This document shows, one piece after another, positions 39,230-50,789 of a stretch of 64,000 nucleotides of DNA. Source of the stretch: Antedon mediterranea (lineage: Eukaryota > Animalia > Echinodermata); contig NC_092673.1 of NCBI RefSeq assembly GCF_964355755.1, forward strand, positions 9,362,001-9,426,000, written 5' to 3'. The notes beneath the pieces are model-generated. The model made no database searches. It worked only from the letters and a program-made list of their open reading frames with translations, and was not told where the DNA came from. A program made the position numbers and the translations under genes. Numbering within the stretch: the stretch's first letter is position 1; each line of letters opens with the position of its first letter.

Positions 39230-39499
39230 TATACGCGCTGTGTATACGCGTTGCTCCTTTTTGTTTATTTATTTACATTTAATTTTCCGATCGTGCGCGC
39301 GCCGTTTGTGGTGTACGTGTAGAGTCGAGCTAGGAGAGGAGGATCGGAGAGAAGGAGAGGAGGCGGCGGCAGCAGCGCATATCATCACATTCACACGGCG
39401 GACGGCCAGTGTCATATGTCGCGTGTCAGCTAGAGATATTTTTAAATACAATAATTAATTATAAATAGCCCAGGCATTGTATAGTAGGCCGAACTTTAG
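39230..39499 (+). other. Possible promoter and non-coding first exon of an unidentified gene
   Basis: Locally CpG-rich sequence not matching repeats in the window, with GGA/GGC runs, ending in a strong donor AG|GTAAGA at 39499/39500; reverse CCAAT at ~38941. No downstream exon identified. Confidence 0.4.
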
Positions 39500-39556
39500 G
39501 TAAGATAAGTAACGTACTGGAGACAGGTACAGTATTTTTATTGAGGAGACAGCGTT

Positions 39557-40290
39557 GGCCAAGGCTAGCCTAGCCTACCTCCTAGGCCTACCTAGGCTAG
39601 GCCTAACTAGGCAGGGGCCCTCCTACTAGTAGACCTAGCCTAGCTACTAGGCTAGGCTAGCCTAACTAGGCCTAGGCATACTAGAGATAGCCTAGCTAGG
39701 CCTAGGGGCCTAGACTAGGCCTAGGGGCCTAGACTAGGCCTAGGCTAGGCTGGGCCTAGATAGGCCTAGGCCTAGCTAGGCTAAGCCTACTAGGCCTAGG
39801 CTAGGCTAGGCCTAGCTAGCCTAGGAGGCTAGGCCTAGCTAGTAGGCTAAGCCCAGGCCCCTATTAGGCCTACTAACTAGGCCTAGGCCTACTAGCTAGG
39901 CCTAGCTAGACCACTACTGGTACTAGCCTAGCTAGGCCTACTAGGAGGCCCTAGTACTAGGCTAGGGCTTAGGCCTAGCCTAGTTGTCATTGTGATGTTG
40001 GTGATTTTATGCCTACTAGTACTAGCTAGGCTAGCTATTATTAGCTAGCCTACTAGCCACCAGCCATGGCCTCCCTACTACTACTACTACTAGGTATATG
40101 GCCTAGGCTAGAGGCTAGCCTAAATTCCTAGAAGGTAGGCCTAGCTAGGCTTGCCTAGGCCAGCTAGCTAGGCCTAGGCATGCCTAGGTAGGCCTCGACT
40201 CTCTAGTACTAGTAGTAGTAGTAGTAGTAGGGCCCTAGCTTAGGGCCTAGCTAGCTAGTAGTAGGCCTATTATTATTAGGTAGGCCTAGT
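39557..40290. repeat. Aperiodic low-complexity tract of CTAG/TAGGCCTA/TAGCTA/TAGTA words
   Basis: About 20 TAGGCCTA by hand count; no fixed period. Confidence 0.9.
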
Positions 40291-40568
40291 GCCTCCATAC
40301 ACATGATTCGTGTATAAACTCATCATGTCCTCCATACGCGGCCTCTAGTTTTGACCAATAAAATACTACATAGCAGCCTATAGTATTATTTAGAATAATT
40401 TTTTTTGAAAACATGTTGTATTAATTAACCAATATTTACATTAATCAAATTACATAAACTTTTTTTGCCAATTTTTTTAATTACCGTATTAAAATCTCCT
40501 AATATTTTACATAATCTTAATGCAGGCTTAACTGAGACTTTCTCGTGGTCTTAGGTCTTAGATTAAAG

Positions 40569-40606
40569 CATATAGATATTATAGTTCACTATATAATATC
40601 TCTATG
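40569..40606. mobile_element. 38-bp hairpin micro-element with 7-bp TSD (P-like termini)
   Basis: ATTAAAG|CATATAGATATTATAG..ATAATATCTCTATG|ATTAAAG. Confidence 0.55.
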
Positions 40607-41824
40607 ATTAAAGTAAGCCTAGGTCTTTATATTGCAATTGCCCCAAGGTTGAAATATTTAAGAAGTGCTTAAGCAAACAACTTAAGGTTATTTATCAAAC
40701 CATCTTAGCAGAAAAATTAAACTCTAGAGGGCAGCAAATTATGTCTCAAGATGAAAAATCCTTGCTTACGTGTGCGCATTAGCTTTTTTCTGTTAGCGAT
40801 CAGGCCCGTAGCCAGGGGGGGTTTTTATGGTTCGGGCGAACCCCCCCTTTACAGCGAACCCCCCTTAACCAACTGCGAACCCCCATCCCCGACATGCCCA
40901 ATACCTCACCCTCATCTCCAAAAATCCTCCAAATACGTGCCCCACAGTACAAAAAGTTGTTTGTAAATTGAAAAATTCGTAAACTTGTTCGTGAACCTTC
41001 TTCTCTGTATGAGCGTCAACTAGTGATACGTGTCTGTAAATTTCTAAAAGCTGCAAATGAATTTCCGATTTTAACCTGAAAAATAAATGTTTGGTCCCTG
41101 CATGTAACATGATATTGACGCGTCTCATAGCGAGCTGGCGCACGAACGATTCGTACAAAGGACACCGCCAGACAACTGCGTACCTATAATTGTTTAGATC
41201 ACTGGCAGTCAGGCAGCATGCATAAAGTATATAGCCTTCCGACGTACATCAGTATTTATGTGTGACTATGAAGTATAATGTATCATAGAGGATTATAGTG
41301 AATATTAAAGACCCTTTCCCTGCAATTTTGGACGTTTTTTGGAAAATAATACATATATATCACTTTAAAAACATTAAACCATGTCATTCCTTGTCTTAAA
41401 TGTACGTTTTATGGTAAATTATGATAAAAAGTGAGAAACAATGCACTACCTAAGTAGCTCGCGGCGATCGACCTCTCGTGGACGGTCTTAGGCCTAGCCT
41501 AGCTAGGCTTAGTTTTGTAGGCCTAGCTGGTAAACATCGATAACGTACGAACATCGTACGCTAGCTATATACCTAGCCTGACGTTGTATAGTTGCTGCAT
41601 TAATTGTCTTTCTATTTTTGCCAGACTCCGTTGATACAAATTGGGGAAAACCCGGTATTTTCGCTGAAAAGTTTGGAGTCTTCCATTTGTTTTGGCTTCA
41701 CGATCGATCGAAAAGTGGGCGAATTACAGGTGAAAAACAAAAATATCAATCCGCGCGCAATGCATTTTGGGATTTATAGCGGGCCGCTATAATTATTAGA
41801 ATCGATTTATTTTTCACAATTTAA

Positions 41825-44800
41825 GAGCCATTGTCTGTAAAAATCAAAGATTTGGTGGCAGATGTAAAAAAATGGATTTCTCTCAAATTTTTACCATGAA
41901 TAGACATTTCAATAAAAAGCATATCTACAACATTCATTTCAATTTTTAGCCTCCGTTGCCATGACAACGGTCAATTATCCAAATTTTGATGTTTTTGCCA
42001 TTTTTCACAGATTTTCTATAGTGAAAAAGTACAAACTTGTATACTTATTTTAACCAAAAATACTTACAGTATACAGTTTTAGTTTATAGCAGTGTAAACA
42101 ACATGTATTGAGTTCCATTTAATGTAGAAAAAAAATAAATTACAAAATGGAGTTTGGTTGATACCATTATTTTAAAAAGGGGTGTTTTTAAAAAATATTT
42201 TTTTTATAAAAGTATACCTCATAAACGTACCTATAACTTCCAAAGTGGTGTTTTTAAATCAATGAGGTTTTTTAATTGGATAGTCAATAGGTTTGTCAAC
42301 AATAATCACGAAAAAAACACTGGGGTAAATTTCGTACATAGGTTTTGTGTTGCCAGGAAAATACGAAAAATACAAAAAATATAACAAAATATCAACAAAC
42401 AAAACTCATGAAACACAATTTAAATATGGCTAATCCAATAATAAAATGTATATGTGGCTTGTCATAATGCTACTAGAGTCATACGAATATTTTATATAAA
42501 ATAGGAGAATGTGTTGCCAGGTTTATTTCAATTAATTGCCAGAAAAACAGTATTTTGCATTGAAATATGTAGTTGATGGAAAATAATGTTAAACTTGGAA
42601 ATAATTGCGTCAATGGTTTTTATAAATTTTTAAATCTATTTTGTGTAAAGAGATACAGAAAGACCTCCCAAAAAATCTGACCTTGTAAATAGGTCATTTG
42701 AGGTCAAAAGGGGTCAGAATGCAAAACAGGACAGGTCCCCACTTTACTACAACTATTAATGTTTGATCAAAATTTACAAGATAGTTCATAACAATTCTCA
42801 ACAATTTTCTTATTTTACCTATAGTGTTACCTTAGCAACCATTTCTATGTGTAACTAAGGAAAGTAATTTTTTTTAAAACGTAAAAAATGGCGTTTTTAT
42901 AAATACAAAGAATTGATTGCATTTTTAATTTTTCTCAATTTTACTTCTACTGCATTCCATTAATGACAAACTTGACCTTGTAAATTCATTCATTTTGAGG
43001 TCAACATTTTACTTTAAATACTGAATCCTAATAATCTCAGAAATAAAGTCTTGACGAATCTGATGAAAGGTAAAAAAATGACCTTTAGTGTTATCTTAAA
43101 CCTGTTTTACGTAACAAATGATATTTAAAAAAAAAATTAAATATGGAGTTTCATGAAAAAAAAAATTGTTTACATATTGAGGTCAAATGACATCAACATT
43201 TTACCTATAGTGTATTGTAGCAACTGTTTCTATACGTAACTAAGTACAATATTTTTAATATGGGGTTTCATGACTACAAACAATTGATTACTTATACTAC
43301 CTTTTCCCAAATTTACTTATCTACTGAATCCCAGAAAATGTGTGACCTTGTGAAAGGGTCATTTGTTGGGTCAAGTTATGTCAAAATGTATTATTTATGT
43401 TATCTTAGAACCTGTTTCTATGTATAACTAAGGATAATTGTTTTTTTAAATACAGTTGAACCTCCCGTAAGTGGCCACCCTTGGGACCTGGAAAAGTGGC
43501 CGCTTACGGGCGGTGACCCCTTACGGGAGGTTCTGCCGATAAAGGGCCAAAATCACTTATTATGGCTATATACGATATTCTTAACGAAACGAGCCTCTCA
43601 ATTTTCCAGCTAATTGTAGGCCTATTATTATTTATAATCAGGTGGTTTAGTATTTTTTAGCATTTTCAGACAAATTTTAAAAACTTTATTATATGAAAAA
43701 TGGTCGGTCAAAATCTGTGTAGTTTTCTCATCTCTTCACAGTAATGTTTTTAAAACCTCTTCAAAATAAAGCTAATATATAAAGAAATACAATAAACATG
43801 CACCTCTAATTCATAGGTCCATGCAATAAGTATCGCATTTTTCGATTGGCCGCTTACAAAAAATCTCATTTTTAGTATAAAAAGGTGCCCGCAGTTGCTT
43901 ACGGTAAGCACCAAATGCACTAATTAGATAGGAAGAACAAACAGGCTTTTCAAAGTGCGTCCGTTAAGGGAGGTGGCCGCTGTAAATAAAATATGGGGTT
44001 TTCATGAATAAAAATAATCACAGAAGAAAGTGCTTACGAATATGACCTTGTGAAACGGTAATTTGAAAATGCAAATAAGGCATGCCTGCTAATAATCTAT
44101 AAATTTAAATTTGTATGAGATAAATATGCAAAATCTAAAGAATATCTCATTTTTAGTTACCATAGTAACTGTTGCTATGCATAACTAAGGGAAATTAAAT
44201 AATTATCAGATAATTATTAATTAATAATTAATACTGAATCCAACCATCACAGTAAAAAAAAATATAGAATTTAAAACCAATATTTAATAATGAAGTGTGA
44301 TATTTTACATGCTGACCTTAAATGAAATGAAATTTCAAAAAATCAGGGCTTCAATATTTGTTATGTAGCATTAACATACCTGAGTATATCATTGACTTTT
44401 GATTGGTTCTATTTTGGGGAGGGGAAAGTGGTGGATCCAGGACTTTTAAATAGTTAGAAGGTTGAAGGCGAGGGTCTAAAAACTTAACTTTATGTCCTAT
44501 CTTTTGCATTTCAATTTTTAACTTGGGGTGGGTGGGGGCTTGGAGAAAGGGGGAGGGGATGGGATAGAGGAGTTTGAATCCGTCTATTCATTGGGGCGAT
44601 AGTAGCGGCAGTGTGGGTGGTGCTTGAATGCATGCATTTGACACTCTATAGTGGATGATCGACCAAAGTGTTGCAGTTTATCTTTTTGTGGTTATAGTTG
44701 GTCGGGGTGGGGGGTGGGGGGGGGGGGGTAGTCGAAAGTGGTGGTGGATGGGCATGTGGGATCTGCTTAGGTTAGCAAATAAAAGAAGTAAACAAATGAA

Positions 44801-45629
44801 AGAGGAGCTTCAAAATAAGAGTGGAGTAATCTGTTTCAAAGATTAAAATTCACAACGATCTGATAATTTATTCAAATTTTCAGAGGATATAACCTATAAA
44901 ATGACATTAAAACTGGGAATTACAGAATCTATAATTAAAAATTAATTTTTTTTTTCTCACAACACAACTAGAACTATATAAAACATTAAGAATTTTTCTG
45001 ACCAATGAGTTTCAAATCAAATAATCAAAGAAAATAAATGTTTTTACTAATATACCATGTTTTTTTTTTTTATAAAAATGCCTATGTTTCTCGCAACACT
45101 GCTTGTAGATTTTAAATTTACCCCAGTATTTTATTTTAGAAATCAATTATTAAACATTAGAACTACCTATTTGTAATAAATCAGCTAAAAAAAAACACCA
45201 CTTTGGGCGTTATGGTGAAGTAAAGTTTAGTTGCATTGAACAATTTAAAAAAAGTGAAAAACACCCCTTTTTAAATAAATGGTATCTCCCAAGGTATGAA
45301 ATAAAAAAAAATAAAAAAATTTGAAACAGGTACACAATGCATTGTTATTATGCATACACTAATTATTTTTTATAATTAAATGAACAACACAAAAATATCG
45401 TTCATCAAAGTAGTACCAATATCCATTTTAAAAAACCTTAAAAAAGGACAAAATTTGTCAAAAACACAAATTTGGCCGTTGCCATGGAAATATACGTGTG
45501 AAATAAAAAATACTTCATATTTGATTTCTCTCAACACATATATAGCCATGTGCAAAATTTGAAAGAAATCCATTTTTTTGAGTCTGCCACTCTTTTTCAT
45601 ATTTCTTTGATTCTTACAGACAATGGCTC
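41825..45629. mobile_element. Kolobok-type non-autonomous element, family B (3.8 kb, non-coding)
   Basis: 26-bp TIR GAGCCATTGTCTGTAA(A/G)AATCAAAGA with a longer imperfect extension; TTAA at 41821-41824 and 45630-45633; internal degenerate repeats at ~42680-44190. Confidence 0.85.
43453..43982. mobile_element. Tc1/mariner (pogo-like) MITE, right TIR partly deleted
   Basis: TA|CAGTTGAACCTCCCGTAAGTGGCCACC left end with GGTGGCCGCTTA-type subrepeats; ends CTG|TA. Confidence 0.6.
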
Positions 45630-46396
45630 TTAACCGTTTAAAGACGAAAAAAGTTATCGCAATAGGACCATATAGTATTATTTTTACATTAAATATAGTT
45701 TGTGATCTTAAATTAGATCTAAAAAACGTAGGGAATGGGGCTTTAATATTTTACACTATAATTTCTATGGTATCAAGTACTGACGTAGTTCACATTATGG
45801 CATCCGATTATTTTTTTCTAGACCACCAGCCGATACGTACTAAAATGTATCAATATCACCTATTTACATATTTATATTCCTCAACAAATTGCTGTAAATA
45901 AATATTATAGATAGAGCTAGCAAATAGCATTTGCCTTCACCCAGTGTGCTTTTTTCGGGGCTGCTCCTAGATATACGTTCGCATTGAACTTGAACGCAAA
46001 ACAAAATACGGAGTAAATGATCAAACAATCGGCGGTTCCGCACAGAGCACGCGCATCTAACATACGGCAACAAATAGTTATCGTCATTTAAATTATCGAC
46101 GTGTTTGAGGAGGAGGAAAAAAGTATGATCTTTTGCTCATTGGTTATATAGCATGCTGCACGAGAGTGTCTTTTCCGGCCATCTAGGGGTGTCATTTAAC
46201 AAAATTCGCTTCGCATCAGGCTGGGTGAGGGGGGGGGGGGGGGGGGGGAGGGGGGTTGACCCAAATATTTAGTGTCCGAACCCCCCCTTGACAGATCCTG
46301 GCTACGGCCCTGGCGATGGTGGTGCTATAATATGTTATCTCCGCATTTTTGCTCCAACAAGAGAGGCGCATTCTGGTTACTATGCTTTCATTACTT

Positions 46397-46710
46397 TTTG
46401 TTTGTTTTATCTTTATACTGGGTGACCTCTTCAGTCAAAGACTGATCTCCCAGAGGGCCCAGTTGGTGATCAGTGGCTGTGATGTACTAATACACCGGGG
46501 TAACCCCCTACTAGTCTCGAAAGATGTACTAGGTTCTTTAAAGTGCACACGAGCAAGTTGTGTACACTGGACCTACGGTTTATAGTCCTTATCCGAGAAG
46601 ACTCGTTCTACCACCAGAACCATGGAGTGAGTGAGCCTCAAACCCCTGCCGATGTTATGGCTACGTGATTACGGTTCCACTGTCTTAACCGCTCGGCCAC
46701 TCACTCACTG
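46397..46710 (-). mobile_element. tRNA-derived SINE with Deu/Nin-like central domain
   Basis: Minus strand: A-box TGGCCGAGCGG, B-box-like GGTTTGAGGCT, GGATAAGGACTATAAACCGTAGGTCC and AGTAGGGGGTTACCCCGGTGT (resembles AmnSINE1/Nin as I recall it), A-rich tail, TACTT duplicated. Confidence 0.8.
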
Positions 46711-46985
46711 TACTTGAAATAGAGAAAGAGCACAAAAGTAGGAAATACATACGAAAATCATTCGCTCTAAACTTAAATCATTTATCCAGGGGTGGGGTGC
46801 TACAGGGGCCATTCCCCCTCCCCTTCTAAAAAATGGGGGAGAGAAAATAGGAGAGAGGGGGATGGGGGAAGAGAGAGAATTAGATAATTAAAAGATATGA
46901 AAAAGAAAAAAAATATTTCCGAATGAATTGCCGATTCTTACAAATAAGGGAGGATATCGCCTTGTTGTAACTACGTATAGGCCTA

Positions 46986-47342
46986 CGCCTTTTTCACGAA
47001 ACGGAAGACATCTTCGATCGATGACAAACAATGCCGTGCAACGAAGCGTAACCAACAGAAATAACATAACGTTTTCAGGGGATTTCAGGACACCATGTTA
47101 ATTTAAAAATCGTAACTCTTTAACGGAGGATCGTATGAGAAAAACAATTACTGTAAAATGTTCTTAAAAGATTTGCCTACATCACTGTGTGATTGAAAAA
47201 AATTTGTAAATTTTTTTTCACTGCTTAAAATCCATAAAAAAAAACACCACAGTGTATAAGCATAGGCTGAAAACGCTATGTTATTTCTGTTGGTTACGCT
47301 TTGTTGCACGGCATTGTTTGTCATCGTTTCGTGAAAAAGGCG
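46986..47342. mobile_element. MITE with ~85-bp TIRs and TA flanks
   Basis: TA|CGCCTTTTTCACGAAACG..CGTTTCGTGAAAAAGGCG|TA. Confidence 0.75.
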
Positions 47343-48514
47343 TATTGGTCCCTGGATGTAGCATTCAGATATTGACGCCCGCGGCGGCGTGAGCTGGGCC
47401 AACTTCTAAATAAGAAGAATTGTAACTTTAATTAATTCGTACAAAGCCCTTGTAACTTGATACAGTCTAGATATCGACGCTTGGACCAGGGAGTTGCTTG
47501 GACCGCAATGAAAATAAGTTCGGATCGTTCACCTTTGTTCCCGGCCTCAAACCCCTCCCCCGCTCATTGCGCACGCGCCTATTCCTCTACTACTAGGCCG
47601 GCCTAGTACCAGATAGAGAGTACTCTACTACTCTAGACTATTCATATCAGTTATCCGTGGGTCTCTTATTTTATAGCAAAAATATCGCAGTATAGCCTAA
47701 ATACAGTATTATTATTATACAGTAATAGTAGGGTAAATGATGTTGCACCTTCTGTTTTTTGGACATGATGAATAGTGTGTGTCACGACGGTGGAGGCAGC
47801 AAGCAAATCAAACTTGTTACGTACACGCATATTAACCGATAGTTCGCAGACGAGCGCGCGCTGTTGGATGTATTGTACAACAGCACGTGTGCTTTGTTTT
47901 GTCTAGACAAATATTAAACGTGCAATAAAACAGACTGACAGAAGAAGTTACCCAGTTTCTAATCTAAAAACTTTTTTTTGTACTTTTTCATTTACAATTT
48001 TTTTTTTCCCTGTGGCCCCCCCTTAAATCCGCGCCTGGGCGTAACGTAGTTCAAATCGGACTTGCGCGAAGAAAATAATGTAATTTGTATTAATACAGTT
48101 GTAAATAAACATGATTTTCATTATTATAACATACCAATGTATATTTCATTAAGGTATATAAAAATAGATATTTCATTCTTCAATATCTGGCCAATATAAC
48201 AACTCAATGACTGATTTACATTTTTTATAAACCTCGTTTAAATACCATTTAGTCGGCGATTTAGCCTGCCTCATCGAGGACTAAAAAAATTGATCAAAAT
48301 CTGTCTTGATTTAGTCGATGTTGGCCTGATTTAGTCGCCGATTTAGTTGAAGTTCGGTAACCATTTTGTTTTCAATGGGCCAATATATTCAAATTGAGGT
48401 CAGAGGTCAAAGATGACTTTTATAAATTTGGCAACATGGGTTTTTATAACCAGCATGCTTCAAATATTTACTTACTTTCCTCATGATTTGCACACGAAAA
48501 TACATAGGGAACTG

Positions 48515-49298
48515 GGGCCGGATTTATCAAACTTGCTTAGCAAAAAAATGTCTTAACTTTGCCTTAAATCCTTGATTTTGCTTAAGTCAGATTTATCAAT
48601 ATATCTAAGCAAAAAAATTTGCTTAATTTTGTCTTAAATCTAAGACGAACAACACCCTGCCTTAAGATGAAAAATTTCGTCTTATCTCATTTCTGCAACA
48701 GAAACATTCTTTTTTGACAACGTGAGCGTGCTAGGCCGGAACATTGAACATTCGGAAAGGCTATGCTAGTGCGTTTTCCGCTGTACTACGGACGCTAAAA
48801 TAATGATATTGATCTTTGTAAAGATGGCCGAGAAATTGGACAAGCAAAACTAATATTTTCAGGATAGGTACGACCCATTTGACTAACTTTTAGAAAACTG
48901 TATTGACTGCCAAGGGTCGTTGTCATTGATAAAAATAAATAAATGTTGATTTGATTTAAGTTTAGAGCGAATTATTTTCATATGTATTTCCGACTGTTGT
49001 GCTCTTTCTCTATTTCAAGTAATAAAAACAATAGTAGCCTGGCGCCCTCTCTTGTTGGGAGTGTAAATACGGAGATAAAATGTTATAGAGCCGCTATCGC
49101 TAAGAGAAAAAAGCTAATGCGCACGCGTAAGCAAGGATTTTTCGTCTTTAGACATAATTTGCTGCCCTCTAGAGTGTAATTTTTTTTAAAAGACATTGCT
49201 AAGACGGTTTGATAAATAAGATTAAGTTATTTGCTTAAGCACTTCTTAAATATTTCAGCTTAAGCAAAAATATAAGCAAATATTGATAAATGCCAACC
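48515..49298 (+). mobile_element. Harbinger-type non-autonomous element, CTG TSD
   Basis: CTG|GGGCCGGATTTATCAA..TTGATAAATGCCAACC|CTG. Confidence 0.8.
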
Positions 49299-49469
49299 CT
49301 GGACTATACAATCAACCCATTTTTTATTTCCTAAATCCTTTCTCCTCTCTTTGTCTTTCCCACATACTCTCTTTTATCTTCTTATACCCAGCCTGGTAGG
49401 TACGAATTTGCTATTCTCCCTGCCTCCTCGCCTATTACGCAACATGGGTGGAGACTCCGGAAACTCCAG

Positions 49470-50789
49470 GGTTGGCATTTATCAATATTTGCTTATATTT
49501 TTGCTTAAGCTGAAATATTTAAGAAGTGCTTAAGCAAATAACTTAATCTTATTTATCAAACCGTCTTAGCAATGTCTTAGCAGAAAAATTGTCTTAGGTA
49601 AATTTTACTTTGCACATGCGCAAAATTAAACTCTAGAGGGCAGCAAATTATGTCTTAAGACGAAAAATTCTTGCTTACGCATGCGTAATAGCTTTTTTCT
49701 TTTAGCGATGGCGGCGCTATAACATTTTATCTCCGTATTTTCACTCCCAACAAGAGAGGGCGCATTCTGGCTACTATTGTTTTTATTACTTGAAATAGAG
49801 AAAGAGCACAACAGTCGGAAATACATACGAAAATCATTCGCTCTAAACTTAAAGATGTATTGTCCCTTTGACTAATTCCAAAAAAATAAAAAATAAAAGA
49901 TTTCGAAAAAAGGTGGGTCATTTTAAAGTATCATAATAGTTATTAACTATCACCAAAAAATTTTCGACTTCCAGTCAAAGTTTTCAATCAAAACATATCC
50001 CATAATGAAACGCACTTGTTTGGCTACTATGTATGCATAATCATAAAACTTCCTCGTGATCTGTGTGAAAATACCTTCTTAACCGTGACGAGTTGTAAAC
50101 AATCCGAATTTAGCATATGCATAATGCGTACTCATGGTTTGAAATCTTTGTTTACTTTCGTTCGTGACGATTTTCCAGATGAAATGTAATCTAACTAATT
50201 TACCTGTTAATTACGTAAACTTGTTGTTTTTGACTCGAATTTTCTACCTAAAGTGGATAACTTTAATATTACTTTGATATGCCCACTTTAAATTTAGAAT
50301 ATTTTGACCTTCATTTTTTTGTGTTTCAAGGGACAATACATCTTTAAATCAAATCAACATTTATTTATTTTTATCAATGACAGCGACCCTTGGCAAGCGA
50401 TACAGTTTTCTAAAAGCTAGTCAATTGGGTCGTACCTATCCCGAAAATATTTGTTTTGCTCGTCCAATTTCTAGGCCATCTTTGTGAAGATCGATATCAT
50501 TATTTTAGCGTCCGTAGTACAGCGTAAAACGCACTAGCGTAGCTTTTCCGAATGTTCAATGTTCCGGCCTAGCGCGCTCGCGTTGTCAAAAAAGAATGTT
50601 TCTGTTGCAGAAATGAGATAAGGCGAAATTTTTCATCTTAAGGCAGGGTGTTGTTCGTCTTAGATTTAAGACAAAATTAAGCAATTTTTTTTGCTTAGAT
50701 ATATTGATAAATCTGACTTAGGCAAAATCAAGGATTTAAGGCAAAGTTAAGACGATTTTTTTGCTAAGCAAGTTTGATAAATCCGGCCC
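49470..50789 (-). mobile_element. Second, inverted copy of the Harbinger-type element, CAG TSD
   Basis: CAG|GGTTGGCATTTATCAA..TTGATAAATCCGGCCC|CAG; reverse complement of 48515-49298 plus a nested MITE. Confidence 0.8.
49853..50343. mobile_element. Kolobok-type MITE, family C, second copy
   Basis: Same TIRs as 11916-12446 with TTAA TSD; the empty site is seen at ~48956 and ~46773. Confidence 0.85.

Larger units (their letters stand above)
41309..45742. mobile_element. Kolobok-type non-autonomous element, family A
   Basis: TTAA|AGACCCTTTCCCT..AGGGAATGGGGCT|TTAA. Confidence 0.75.
40801..46312. mobile_element. hAT-like non-autonomous element with 5-bp TSD (hAT5-like)
   Basis: TIR CAGGCCCGTAGCCAG / CTGGCTACGGCCCTG; GCGAT duplicated (40796-40800, 46313-46317); single GCGAT in the paralog at ~49705. 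Confidence 0.8.
40645..46780. mobile_element. Partial copy of the CWG-TSD Harbinger-type element; host of the nested stack
   Basis: 40650-40800, 46318-46396 and 46711-46778 are colinear with 49510-49852. Confidence 0.75.

Noticed and set aside
44520-44730. G-run cluster (possible G-quadruplex)
   Set aside because: Inside a non-autonomous transposon with no functional context.
46640-46710. tRNA gene
   Set aside because: It is the tRNA-derived head of a SINE, with a degenerate B box, SINE body and TSD.
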